Source of the DNA: a virus | Lineage: Duplodnaviria; Caudoviricetes | IMG/VR virus record: IMGVR_UViG_3300009678_000021 | Span: 1 to 45,128 of that record | DNA length: 45,128 nucleotides | Reading direction: 5' to 3' (one strand) | Notes under the pieces: model-generated | Told to the model about the DNA's origin: nothing | The model's input: the letters and a program-made list of their open reading frames with translations, nothing else | Database searches by the model: none | In this document: in pieces, positions 34,811 to 44,325 of the stretch | How the letters are laid out: each line of letters begins with the position of its first letter | Numbering within the stretch: position 1 is the first letter of the stretch | Made by a program: the position numbers and the translations under genes

Positions 34811-36369
34811 TGTTCAGGCGCCAAACACCGATGGTGTTCGCCTATTACTTCTTGGCGACGAGCACTTACGGTAACTTGCAAGCCAACTATGCTCAGGACA
34901 TCACGGATGCGCAGGCGCTCGGCATTGACGGTTTTGCCGTTGCTGCGGGCGCCTGGGATACTCCCTACCAGACATGGGCGGCGGCGATGTTCGCGGCGGC
35001 ACAAGCTGCGGAGCTCAACGCAGACGGGACGAAGTTCAAACTCTTTATGTCTGCGGAAGTGGGAGGGTTGTTAACGACGGCGAATGTGCAGGCAATGGTT
35101 AATACCTTCAAAGGGACCGCCCCGGCGACGCCAACCGGAATCAGCAACACCAATTATTTCTGGTACGCCGGTAAACCGTTGTTGACCACGAGCAGCGGCG
35201 AATTGGGGTCACCCGCGTCGGACTCGGCGGCGGGCCAGGCGTTCTGGGCGTCGGTGTTCTCTGGGGGGTTTACCGCGTCGTTCTACCCGAATTTCCAGAC
35301 GCGGCGGCCGGTAGGTGGACAAGTCGACACCAATTGCCCAACCTACGCACAGGTTTCGGCCGACTGGAATACGTGGTGGAAGAACGTTGCCGAGGGGCTG
35401 TGCTATTTTCAGTTTGATGGCCTGGCGATTAACTCGGATGGATCGAAGGGAGATTTGACGGTTTCGGCGGAAGCCTATGCACAGTTGATGGGCGAAAATA
35501 GCCGGCTATTCATGAGTGGAATCAACAGCTACTACACGCAGAACAATTATGTTTTGACCTTTATGGTGGCTGTCGAGCGATATGGCTACGAGGGTTTGGC
35601 GTCGCAATGGAGTTCGATTATCAACACCCATAAACCGGTATGGGTGCTGTTGTGCACCTGGAATGATTTGGGTGAAGCCTACATGACGCCGGCCGATCCG
35701 GCTAACATGCCGCTCAATACGGCTCCAGACGTCAATGCGTGGCCGCATCAATACTCGCATGTGGGCTACGCCAAGTTTAATGCGATCTTTATCGAGCAGT
35801 ATAAGACAGGCGCTTCGCCAGCTATCACCAAGGATGAACTGTTCTATAATTACCGAACGCAGCCAGCCGCATTAGCCCCGCCGGCGACCAGCATCACCGC
35901 GTCGATCGCAGGTACCACGCTGACGGTGACGGCGATAGCGTCAGGGACGCTGTATCTCGGCCAGGTGTTGACGGGCTCCGGCGTCACGGCCGGTACGACG
36001 ATCGCCGAACAATTGACTGGAACGCCGGGTGGTGTAGGTACTTATCGACTGTGGCAGTCGCAGACCGTTTCGAGCCGGACCATTACCGGAATCGCCGTGA
36101 CGACCGCGTTCTTCAATCTTGAAGACAAGATTTATGTCACCACGCGGCTGACTGCGCCAGCAACGCTGCGCGTTATCACCGGTGGCTCAACTGTAGACAC
36201 AGCAGTACCCTCAGGTATGACCCACACCCGCATCCCCTTCAACACGGGAACGCAAATCATTCGATTGATTCGGGGTTCGACGCTGATCGATTTGACGGGA
36301 GATCCGATCAGTTCTTCTATTTTGTACTACAACCACAACCCGACGACGGGCTACGGAACCTACCCGTAA
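34810..36369 (+). CDS. Glycoside hydrolase family 71-like (alpha-1,3-glucanase) with inserted phage beta domain
   Basis: [60 protein letters not shown]. Confidence 0.78.
   Translation: MFRRQTPMVFAYYFLATSTYGNLQANYAQDITDAQALGIDGFAVAAGAWDTPYQTWAAAMFAAAQAAELNADGTKFKLFMSAEVGGLLTTANVQAMVNTFKGTAPATPTGISNTNYFWYAGKPLLTTSSGELGSPASDSAAGQAFWASVFSGGFTASFYPNFQTRRPVGGQVDTNCPTYAQVSADWNTWWKNVAEGLCYFQFDGLAINSDGSKGDLTVSAEAYAQLMGENSRLFMSGINSYYTQNNYVLTFMVAVERYGYEGLASQWSSIINTHKPVWVLLCTWNDLGEAYMTPADPANMPLNTAPDVNAWPHQYSHVGYAKFNAIFIEQYKTGASPAITKDELFYNYRTQPAALAPPATSITASIAGTTLTVTAIASGTLYLGQVLTGSGVTAGTTIAEQLTGTPGGVGTYRLWQSQTVSSRTITGIAVTTAFFNLEDKIYVTTRLTAPATLRVITGGSTVDTAVPSGMTHTRIPFNTGTQIIRLIRGSTLIDLTGDPISSSILYYNHNPTTGYGTYP
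35550..35586 (+). repeat. Exact 37 bp direct repeat, copy 2 (inside GH71 gene)
   Basis: Identical to 32852-32888. Confidence 0.95.
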
Positions 36370-37754
36370 TGCCCCGTAACATCTCACTGCCGCACAAAGG
36401 TTGGGAACCTCGGCGGCACCAGATGAAGCTGTGGCGGTACTTGCAGGACGGGATTTTCAAGCGGGGCGGCGGCGACCGGGCGATTGCGATCTGGCACCGC
36501 CGCGCCGGCAAAGACGAGATCATGCTGCACCACTCGGCGGTGGCGTTGTGGCATCGGCCGGCGTCCTACTGGCACTGCCTGCCCGAGTTCCTGCAAGGCC
36601 GCAAGGCGATCTGGACCGCGGTCAACGCCCACACCGGGGTACGCCGGATCGATGAGGCGTTCCCGCACGCGATGCGGGAGACCACCAACGACAACGAAAT
36701 GTTCATTCGTTTTAAGAACGGTGCAACATGGCAAGTCATCGGTTCAGATCGATACGACGCCACTGTCGGCGCTGGTGTGGCGGGGATTACCTATTCGGAA
36801 TGGGCGCTGTCGAACCCGAGCGCCTGGGCCTACCACCGCCCGATGCTGGCGGAAAACAACGGGTGGGCAAGTTTCATCACGACCCCGCGTGGGCACAACC
36901 ACGCCAAGGCGATGTTCGACTACGCACGGACACGCTCGGAATGGTTCTCAGAACTGCTTACCGCGGTCGATACCGGGGCACTTTCAAGTGACGAATTGGA
37001 GCAGGCACGGGCCGAATATTGCGCCCTGCACGGCGAAGACGTCGGCAGGGCGCAGTTTGAACAGGAATATCTGTGCAGCTGGAATGCCGCAATCCTCGGC
37101 GCTTTCTATGCGCTGGAGATGGCCAATGTCCGGAAAGAGGAAAGGATTGTAGATGACCTGGAAGCCGATAACACACGGCCCGTGCACCGCGCTTGGGACC
37201 TCGGCGTGCGGGACGATACCACCATCTGGTGGTGGCAGAACGTCGGAGGCCAAGTCTACATTCTGGATTGCTATTCGGCCTCCGGAGTGGGCCTTGAACA
37301 CTACGCCGAAGTGGTTGAGCAGCACGAGAAAAAATACGGCTGGCGATCGGGCGTGGACTACGTTCCCCACGACGCCAAGATAAAGGAATGGGGATCGGGA
37401 AAGACCCGCGTCGAGACCATGGTCGAGATGGGGCTGCACCCCGAGCTGGTTCCCATGGCGACCATCGCGGACGGCATCAACGCGGTGCGCAGGGTGACGC
37501 CGCTTTGCGTGTTTCATGCGCGCTGCGAGGATGGTATCAATGCGCTGGAGCAGTACCGGCGGGAGTGGGACGATGACAAAAAAGCCTTTCGTGCTTCTGC
37601 TCTGCATGATTGGACTAGCCACTATGCTGACGCTTTTCGTTATCTGGCTCTAGCAAGGCAGAAGAACGAACCGAAACCGATACCGTCGCCGATACTACGC
37701 GGGCTGGTAATACCGCCACCGCGGGAAGGGCCTAGAATGGGATTGTTTCTGTGA
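36369..37754 (+). CDS. terL: Terminase large subunit
   Basis: Walker A WHRRAGKD, Walker B-like GITYSE, FITTPRG, nuclease AWDLG, PHDA, SHYADAFRY. Confidence 0.95.
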   Translation: MPRNISLPHKGWEPRRHQMKLWRYLQDGIFKRGGGDRAIAIWHRRAGKDEIMLHHSAVALWHRPASYWHCLPEFLQGRKAIWTAVNAHTGVRRIDEAFPHAMRETTNDNEMFIRFKNGATWQVIGSDRYDATVGAGVAGITYSEWALSNPSAWAYHRPMLAENNGWASFITTPRGHNHAKAMFDYARTRSEWFSELLTAVDTGALSSDELEQARAEYCALHGEDVGRAQFEQEYLCSWNAAILGAFYALEMANVRKEERIVDDLEADNTRPVHRAWDLGVRDDTTIWWWQNVGGQVYILDCYSASGVGLEHYAEVVEQHEKKYGWRSGVDYVPHDAKIKEWGSGKTRVETMVEMGLHPELVPMATIADGINAVRRVTPLCVFHARCEDGINALEQYRREWDDDKKAFRASALHDWTSHYADAFRYLALARQKNEPKPIPSPILRGLVIPPPREGPRMGLFL

Positions 37755-40024
37755 CAGACAAGCCGGTCGACGCCGACATCAGGTTTGATGATGCTGACTA
37801 CAACCCGACCATTGAACCGAACGATTCTAAGGCGTGGCTTAACCTGCTCAGAGAAAGCGAAGAGGCTTTCGAGGATTACAACAAACACTGCGATGATATT
37901 GATAAGCAGTATGCCCATTTAGCGAGGCTGGCTGGTGCCCGCGACAAGGAATTCTCCATGTTCTGGGCCAACATGGAAGTGGTCAAGCCCTCGATCTACG
38001 CCAAAGCGCCGGTGCCGGTCGTGGTGCCGAAGTTTTTGGACCGCCGGCCGGTCTACCAGGCGGCATCCGAGATGGTGGAACGCTGTGCGATCGTGGCGTT
38101 CGATCTTGGCGAGATCAACGATTTGATGAAACTGGTGCGTGACGATCTGGCGATACTCGATCGCGGCGTTGTCTGGTGCCGCAACGAGAGCGGCAACGGT
38201 CCGGGCGAATATTATCCATACGAGAAGGTATGCTACGATTTCAAGAATCGGCGGGATTTCCTGCACTCGATCTCGCGGAACTGGAGAGAGGTGACCTGGG
38301 TGGCCGGCGCCTCCTATCTGACACGGCAGGAAGCGCGGAAGCGGTTTTACAAATATTCCGGGGACGCCTATCAGGAAGCCGACTACAAGGTCGACCGCGA
38401 CGCAAAAGAGGTTGGAGGCGCCGATGCCAGAGAACGGGCAAAGTTCTGGGAAGTCTGGGACAAGAAAAATCGACGAGTTCTTTGGGTGTCTGAAGGTTGC
38501 GAAGACATTCTGGATGAGGACGACCCGCATCTGCACCTTCGCAATTTCTTTCCCTGTCCGAAGCCAGCTTACGGGACGACTCAGCGTGGATCACTCGTTC
38601 CCGTGCCTGACGTTATGCAGTACAAGGACCAGCTCAAAGAGATCAACCTGCTTACCGGCCGTATTCATGCACTGAGCGACGCGGTCGAGGTCAAGGGGTT
38701 CTACCCGGCCGGCGGCGGCGAGGTTGCCGATGCGGTCACGACGGCGGTCAAGATCAAAACGCCCGGTGTGGTGATGGTGCCGGTCTCGAATTGGGCGACG
38801 TTCGGCGGGACCAAGGAAGTCATCATCTGGCTGCCGGTTGAGGTGATCGCGCAGACCATTCTGCATTTAGTTACGCTGCGCAAGCAAATCATCGAAGATA
38901 TCTACCAGATCATCGGCCTCTCCGACATCATGCGCGGCTCGACCAACCCGATGGAAACGCTCGGCGCGCAGCAACTGAAATCGCAGTATGGCTCGACCCG
39001 CATCAAGGACAAGCAGGGGGAGCTGGTGCGGCTGGCGCGCGACCTCGTCGAGATCACGATCGAGATCATCACCGAGAAATTCGACCCCGAGACCATGATC
39101 GAGATGTCGCAGACCGAGTTGCCGACCAACCGTCAAATCGAGCAACAGATTCGGCAGATCATGCAGCAGGCACAGCAGGCGGCAATGTCGCCGCAGGGCC
39201 AGCAAATGATGGCGCAACAGCCCGAACAGGTGCAGCAGATCCAGGCCCAGGTGCAGGCGCAGGTCGAGAAACTGAGCAAGCAGGCGACGATCGACCAAGT
39301 GCTGACCTTGGTGAAGGATTACCGCGCGCGCGCCTTCACCTTCGACATCGAGACCGATTCCACCATCCAGGCCGACGAGCAGGCCGAGAAGCAGCAGCGC
39401 AACGAATTTACCGGGGTTTTGGCGCAACTGTTGCCGCAGATCGCGCAGATGGTTGCCGCCGAGCCCAAGACCGCAGAATTCTGCGGCGAGATCCTGAAGT
39501 TCGCCACCGCCCCGTACCGCGCCGGCCGCGCTATGGAGGGCGCGATTGATGGCTTGGTCGAGCTGATGAAGACCAAGGGCGACCAGCCCAAGGGCGACGA
39601 CCCCGCCACCGCGCAGAGCAAGGCGCAGATGCAGGTCGAACAGATGAAGGTGCAGCAGAAAGACAAGACCGACCAAGCCAAGCTGAAGCTGGAGGCCGAA
39701 AAGGCCCAGATGCAGAACCAGCAGCACATGGCTACATTGGCCAACCAACGCGCGATCGAGCTGGCCAAGTTGCAGGCAGGCGCCCAGGATGACGAGGCCA
39801 AGGCCGGCCTGGCCAACCAGAAGGCCATGAACGAGCGCGAGAAGCACCAGGCCAAGATGGTCGAGACCGCGGTAAAGGTGCAGGCTGACCAGCAGAAGGT
39901 CGAACTACAGGAACGTCAGCAGCAGTTACGTGCTAATGATATGGCGGCGCGGCAGAACGAGCGGCAGCAGGCGGCGGCGTTCAAGCAGCAGCAGGCCACG
40001 GCTAGTAAGGGAATCGTGCCATGA
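37751..40024 (+). CDS. Portal protein with long Gln-rich coiled-coil C-terminus
   Basis: 757 aa directly after TerL; IYQIIGLSDIMRG...ETLGAQQLK, DIETDSTI. Confidence 0.88.
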   Translation: MTDKPVDADIRFDDADYNPTIEPNDSKAWLNLLRESEEAFEDYNKHCDDIDKQYAHLARLAGARDKEFSMFWANMEVVKPSIYAKAPVPVVVPKFLDRRPVYQAASEMVERCAIVAFDLGEINDLMKLVRDDLAILDRGVVWCRNESGNGPGEYYPYEKVCYDFKNRRDFLHSISRNWREVTWVAGASYLTRQEARKRFYKYSGDAYQEADYKVDRDAKEVGGADARERAKFWEVWDKKNRRVLWVSEGCEDILDEDDPHLHLRNFFPCPKPAYGTTQRGSLVPVPDVMQYKDQLKEINLLTGRIHALSDAVEVKGFYPAGGGEVADAVTTAVKIKTPGVVMVPVSNWATFGGTKEVIIWLPVEVIAQTILHLVTLRKQIIEDIYQIIGLSDIMRGSTNPMETLGAQQLKSQYGSTRIKDKQGELVRLARDLVEITIEIITEKFDPETMIEMSQTELPTNRQIEQQIRQIMQQAQQAAMSPQGQQMMAQQPEQVQQIQAQVQAQVEKLSKQATIDQVLTLVKDYRARAFTFDIETDSTIQADEQAEKQQRNEFTGVLAQLLPQIAQMVAAEPKTAEFCGEILKFATAPYRAGRAMEGAIDGLVELMKTKGDQPKGDDPATAQSKAQMQVEQMKVQQKDKTDQAKLKLEAEKAQMQNQQHMATLANQRAIELAKLQAGAQDDEAKAGLANQKAMNEREKHQAKMVETAVKVQADQQKVELQERQQQLRANDMAARQNERQQAAAFKQQQATASKGIVP

Positions 40025-41577
40025 GCGACGTTTCCGGCATTCCCAATATGGGAATTCCAGCCCTGAGCGGCTTCAACGGCGGTGGCGGAACCAACAACAG
40101 CGGCTACTTCCAAGATCCCGGTTTCAGCCTCGCCAACGCTTTCGCCCAGCGCAATGCCAATAACAACTATTTCGGTAACCAGGCCCAGACCCTGGCAGCG
40201 GCCGAAATACCGCAGGCACAATTGTATGGCGGCGGCAGCTTCGGCGCGCAGCCGGCCCATTACGCCGGGGTCGGCGCAGCTTTCGGCCGCGCGACCGGCG
40301 GCTTCAACGCCAAGCCTGCCGCCCCGGCACCGCCGACGCAGGTTCCGGTCGACAGCAGCATCTTCGACACCGCAGGGACCGACCCGGTGCCTTACCTCAA
40401 CACGGGTGGCGGTGACCCGTTCGGCGGCGGTGGATTCGGCCGCATGCCCACCGCGTTCGACACCGGCACGCAGGGGATTCCAAATCTGAGCGGTGGCGGG
40501 ACACCGTTCGGCGGCGGTGGATTTGGCAGCCCGCCTCCTCCTTACACACCGAATTTCGACGCTGTGTTCGACAGCAACTTTTCTCCGGCGAACCCTACGA
40601 TCGGGTTTAGTCGTGGGCGCTCGATGCCGCCGGGGGCCGGCTACGACCCCGGCGCCAGTGCGACATTGCCCCCGGGACCGCCGCCATCAAGATTCGATCC
40701 CCAAAGGGCCATTGATGCCGTCAATCAATTCAGCGGCGTCGGGACCGAGCCGCAGCCGTCCACCGCGCCGGGAAGCAATGCCGGCGGCGCCAACCCGTTC
40801 ACGTCTGGTGCTGACCCGATAACCAACTTGGGAAGCCCGTTCGCGGCTGGCCGCGGGTTTCAGGCGGCGCCGCCCAGCCCGTTCGAGGCGGGAGCGCCAG
40901 GTATCGGGGCCACCCTGTTGCCGGCATTTAACAGGGCAACACCGGGCGGTGGCGTCGGTAGTTTGACCGCGCCGCCGAATTTTGCGCCCTCCAGCCCGTT
41001 CGAGAGCGGTGGCACCCCGTTCAACTATGCGGGCGACTACCGCGGCAGCTTGCGTAACCAGATCAACCAGACGACCATCGGCGGCGGCGGTGGTTTTGAT
41101 CCAAGTGCCCCGCCTCCGGCGAGGGAGGGGTTCGGGCCGTCAAGCCCGTTCGTGGGCGGAGCTCCGCCGGTGTCGCACCAGTCCACCGCGAGCGGCCAAG
41201 CCTTTCCGGTGCCGGGCATCGGCGGCTACCGCGGCAACATGCGCGACCAGATCGCGGCGATCATGTCCGGCAGCCAAGGCATGACCGAGCCAACCAGCGG
41301 GCCGCCGCTGGTCAATGGCGGGCCGAATGGCACATCGGGTGCCACGAGCGGCCCGACCCCTACACAGATGAATGATGCTTGGCGCAGGATCGGCGCCGGT
41401 CCTGGCAGTCCTGGCGTCTCCAGCATTGCGCAGCAAACGCCGCCGCCCCCGGCGCCTTACGCTCGAATCAACCAGGCGATTTACGACATCGGAAACGTCA
41501 GTCAGCCTGGCATGTTCGACAACCTGTCCCGCCCACTGGGCCAGATGTTTTCACCGGGTCAGTACAGGGGACGTTGA
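40021..41577 (+). CDS. Gly/Pro/Phe-rich low-complexity protein (putative internal virion protein)
   Basis: ATGA coupling to portal; repeated PFGGGGFG and SPF motifs. Confidence 0.7.
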   Translation: MSDVSGIPNMGIPALSGFNGGGGTNNSGYFQDPGFSLANAFAQRNANNNYFGNQAQTLAAAEIPQAQLYGGGSFGAQPAHYAGVGAAFGRATGGFNAKPAAPAPPTQVPVDSSIFDTAGTDPVPYLNTGGGDPFGGGGFGRMPTAFDTGTQGIPNLSGGGTPFGGGGFGSPPPPYTPNFDAVFDSNFSPANPTIGFSRGRSMPPGAGYDPGASATLPPGPPPSRFDPQRAIDAVNQFSGVGTEPQPSTAPGSNAGGANPFTSGADPITNLGSPFAAGRGFQAAPPSPFEAGAPGIGATLLPAFNRATPGGGVGSLTAPPNFAPSSPFESGGTPFNYAGDYRGSLRNQINQTTIGGGGGFDPSAPPPAREGFGPSSPFVGGAPPVSHQSTASGQAFPVPGIGGYRGNMRDQIAAIMSGSQGMTEPTSGPPLVNGGPNGTSGATSGPTPTQMNDAWRRIGAGPGSPGVSSIAQQTPPPPAPYARINQAIYDIGNVSQPGMFDNLSRPLGQMFSPGQYRGR

Positions 41578-41759
41578 TGATTCTTGCTGTCTTATTTGCA
41601 ATTTTTGCTGTTTTTGGTCTGTTGCTGGCTGTTCTGGATTTTGGTGCCAAGATGAACAGCCCTGCTCCCAGCATGTATCGAAGTGATGTCGGTGGTTTTG
41701 GATTTAGTATTTTCATCGTGTGTGGGGTGATTGCCCTTGCTTGTGTCGCATCATTCTAA
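41577..41759 (+). CDS. Low-GC two-TM membrane protein (moron-like)
   Basis: TGATG coupling; T-rich DNA; two hydrophobic helices. Confidence 0.6.
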   Translation: MILAVLFAIFAVFGLLLAVLDFGAKMNSPAPSMYRSDVGGFGFSIFIVCGVIALACVASF

Positions 41760-41780
41760 TCGACCAAAGGAGAGAACATA

Positions 41781-42374
41781 ATGGCCCAGAGTGCACTGAC
41801 CGTGACCCCAGAGAACCCGACCCCGCCCACAAACCTTTCATTCGTCGGCACCACGCCACCGACCGACCCCTTGCAGGAATACGCCGATGACGGTTGGACC
41901 TCGCCGGGTGCCGACACCACGGTATTTGCGGTCAAGACGGCCGCGGAAGGCGACGGCACCAGCGTCGAGCACGAGGGTAGGGGCACCGAAACGTCAGCGA
42001 CCATGTCATACGCCTCAACCATCATGCTCGGCGCGACGGGCGCTCTGGTGATGGTCGGCTCTACCGCGGCCTACACCACGACGCCGAACGCCTCGCATGC
42101 CTCCTCGCTGTCGCCGGCCACCAACCCGACGCTGACGACGGCCACACCAACCACGGCCTCCGGCGCCGGCAATGCCACGGTCACGGCGACCGGCGTAGGT
42201 TTCACCCGGCAAAGCGTTATCTGGGTGAACGGTATCCCATACCCGACGACGTATGTCAGCTCAACGTCGCTAACGGCCTCTGCACCCAAGAAGGCCACCT
42301 CCGGCACTTTGCCCGTGACCGTCGTCACCGGTGGTGTGGTTACCACAGCAGCCCAGAACTGGACCTTCACGTAA
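41781..42374 (+). CDS. Virion protein with C-terminal IPT/TIG Ig-like domain
   Basis: AAAGGAGAG RBS; PTLTTATP...VTATGVGFT...IWVNG...TTYVSSTSLTA...WTFT. Confidence 0.78.
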   Translation: MAQSALTVTPENPTPPTNLSFVGTTPPTDPLQEYADDGWTSPGADTTVFAVKTAAEGDGTSVEHEGRGTETSATMSYASTIMLGATGALVMVGSTAAYTTTPNASHASSLSPATNPTLTTATPTTASGAGNATVTATGVGFTRQSVIWVNGIPYPTTYVSSTSLTASAPKKATSGTLPVTVVTGGVVTTAAQNWTFT

Positions 42375-42385
42375 GGACAACAGCC

Positions 42386-42748
42386 ATGCCCGACAACATC
42401 AACCCGAACGCCAACAGCAAGGAAAGCGCCCGCAAACCCGGCGATATCACGTCGCACTCGATCAACGAGCCGGGGAAGGGTGCGCCCAAGGCCTTCAAGG
42501 TGCCCGAGGATCACACCCTCACGACGGCGGAAACCTTGAAGCAGGATTACCCGGACGGCTATGTCGTCGAGTATGTTGCGCCGACGGTGACAGTGTCGGT
42601 TGCCCCGAAGCCGACAGACAAGACAACCCTGAAGCTGGCAAAGGCCGGCAAATCGGACCCGGACGACCTCGAAGACGAGATCGACCAGGCCGAGCGGAAC
42701 GGCGATTTCAAGTCAATGCATCGCTCGCCGCCCAGCAAGAAGAAGTGA
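42386..42748 (+). CDS. Hypothetical late protein
   Basis: AAGGA RBS; biased codons. Confidence 0.7.
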   Translation: MPDNINPNANSKESARKPGDITSHSINEPGKGAPKAFKVPEDHTLTTAETLKQDYPDGYVVEYVAPTVTVSVAPKPTDKTTLKLAKAGKSDPDDLEDEIDQAERNGDFKSMHRSPPSKKK

Positions 42749-42751
42749 GCC

Positions 42752-43162
42752 ATGGCTATTACCTATTCCATCTCAGGCGGAGCCGATGCCCTCAAATTCA
42801 ACATCGACCCCGCGAGCGGCGCGCTGACGTTCAAGGTGGCACCAAACTTCGAAGTGCCGGGAGATGCCAACGGCGATAATATCTACGAGGTGATCGTCAA
42901 GGCGGCCGACGCCACCGGTCTCAGTTCAACAAAACCTATGCAGGTGATCGTCACCGATGTTCTTGAAGGGTCACCCCCTCAGATTACTTCTGCGGCGACA
43001 ATCGCAGTGAAAGAGAATCAGCTTGTGGTGCTGACGGTGACCGCAACCGATCCTGATGATGTACCGGGCGCAAAGCCTCCAACGATTACTTCTGCCATCG
43101 CTGTTAATGCTGGTGAAAACCAGAAAAATGTCATGACGGTAACAGCGGCGGCTGGGGTGTAA
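42752..43162 (+). CDS. Permuted cadherin-like protein: strands C-G followed by two A-B segments
   Basis: ITYSISGGADALKF...APNFEVPGDANGDNIYEV...VTDV, then PPQITS...ENQ...TVTATDPD and PPTITS...ENQ...TVTA. Confidence 0.8.
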   Translation: MAITYSISGGADALKFNIDPASGALTFKVAPNFEVPGDANGDNIYEVIVKAADATGLSSTKPMQVIVTDVLEGSPPQITSAATIAVKENQLVVLTVTATDPDDVPGAKPPTITSAIAVNAGENQKNVMTVTAAAGV

Positions 43163-43163
43163 A

Positions 43164-44309
43164 ATGGCCATTACCTTTTCGATTACCGGCGGTGCCGACG
43201 CGGCAAAGTTCACCATCAACGCAACATCCGGCGTCTTGGCATTCATTACTGCGCCCAATTTCGAGCTGCCGACAGACGCTAACGGCGATAATGTCTACGA
43301 GGTGACGGTACGGGCTACGGACTCGCAAGGACTGTTTGACGCCAAGACCGTCCTGGTGACTGTAACGGATGTAGCCGAGGGCGGGGCGCTGCCGCCGCTG
43401 ACCAATTCAGGCTCCATCACGGTGACATCAAACAACCAGGTGATCGAGAACAGGAACATCACGGGCAGGGTTACGATTGGCGCATTCACTGGTGTTACCG
43501 TTCGCAATTGCATCATCAGGCACGCCGCCGATGTCGGCCTCTTGGCAACAAATTCGGTCAACCTGACACTTCAGGATCTCGAATTCATCAACACGTCGTC
43601 GCCATCGGGGCAAACGCCGACGTCAGGCGAAGTCAAAAACATGGAGCTGTCGAGAACATCCGGGACAACCCTTCTCGAACGTATCAAGGTTACAGGCGGG
43701 TGTGGTCTGTACGGGTACATCATCGGCGGGACACTTATTGTTCGCTTTCTGGAAGGCCATAACGTTCGCGGGATGGCAACCAGTCCCTACCGCGGCAATC
43801 TGTTCCAACTCAATCAATGCACCGCGACGACAACGGTCGAGGATTTCTCCGTCGAGAATGATATCAACAACAGTTGGCCGGAAGATAGTTGCAGCGTCCA
43901 TTATTGCACGGGGGCAATGACATTCAGACGCGGCTACCTGAAAGGTCAATCATCGCCAACCGGCGTCGCGTTCATGGTCGAGCATACCAATGGTGTGATT
44001 GTCGAGGACGTTGATTGCGAAAATCACTTCAATGGCGCCTTTTCGGTCTATGACACTTCGGCAAACGTGACCTATCGGCGCTGCCGCGCGAAAAATCAGC
44101 TCTTGACCAACCAAGGCCGCGGCAATCCCACCTCGAACTATTGTAATTTCGTGTCGGCGCCGGGCGTAACCGGGACACGGTTCGAGCAAGTCAAGTATTG
44201 GAATATCAGTTCCAACCTCGCTTGGCAGACACCATTTACGGTGATGGATTGGGCACCGTTAAATTTTACTCCGCGTGCGCCAATCCGCAACCGAACCCCC
44301 GGGACTTAA
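43164..44309 (+). CDS. N-terminally incomplete cadherin-like domain fused to a right-handed beta-helix (putative depolymerase/adhesin)
   Basis: MAITFSITGGADAAKF...APNFELPTDANGDNVYEV; then VIENRNI, VTVRNCII, VIVEDV coils. Confidence 0.8.
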   Translation: MAITFSITGGADAAKFTINATSGVLAFITAPNFELPTDANGDNVYEVTVRATDSQGLFDAKTVLVTVTDVAEGGALPPLTNSGSITVTSNNQVIENRNITGRVTIGAFTGVTVRNCIIRHAADVGLLATNSVNLTLQDLEFINTSSPSGQTPTSGEVKNMELSRTSGTTLLERIKVTGGCGLYGYIIGGTLIVRFLEGHNVRGMATSPYRGNLFQLNQCTATTTVEDFSVENDINNSWPEDSCSVHYCTGAMTFRRGYLKGQSSPTGVAFMVEHTNGVIVEDVDCENHFNGAFSVYDTSANVTYRRCRAKNQLLTNQGRGNPTSNYCNFVSAPGVTGTRFEQVKYWNISSNLAWQTPFTVMDWAPLNFTPRAPIRNRTPGT

Positions 44310-44325
44310 CAAAGGAGAGAGTACA

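Noticed and set aside
32852-35586. 37 bp repeat as CRISPR array or DGR template/variable pair
   Set aside because: Only two copies, no spacers or cas genes, no reverse transcriptase, and no adenine-specific mismatches.
36780-36805. TerL Walker B reading YSE rather than DE as inactivation
   Set aside because: Catalytic Glu and all other motifs are intact; likely a clade variant.
38867-39847. Long antisense ORFs (also 30172-31167, 7933-8685, 5916-6545)
   Set aside because: Shadows of well-supported + strand genes in high-GC DNA.
43150-43170. Simple pseudogene break or programmed frameshift joining 42752 and 43164
   Set aside because: No clear slippery site, and both genes start at the same MAIT residue. 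Not fully excluded without reads.
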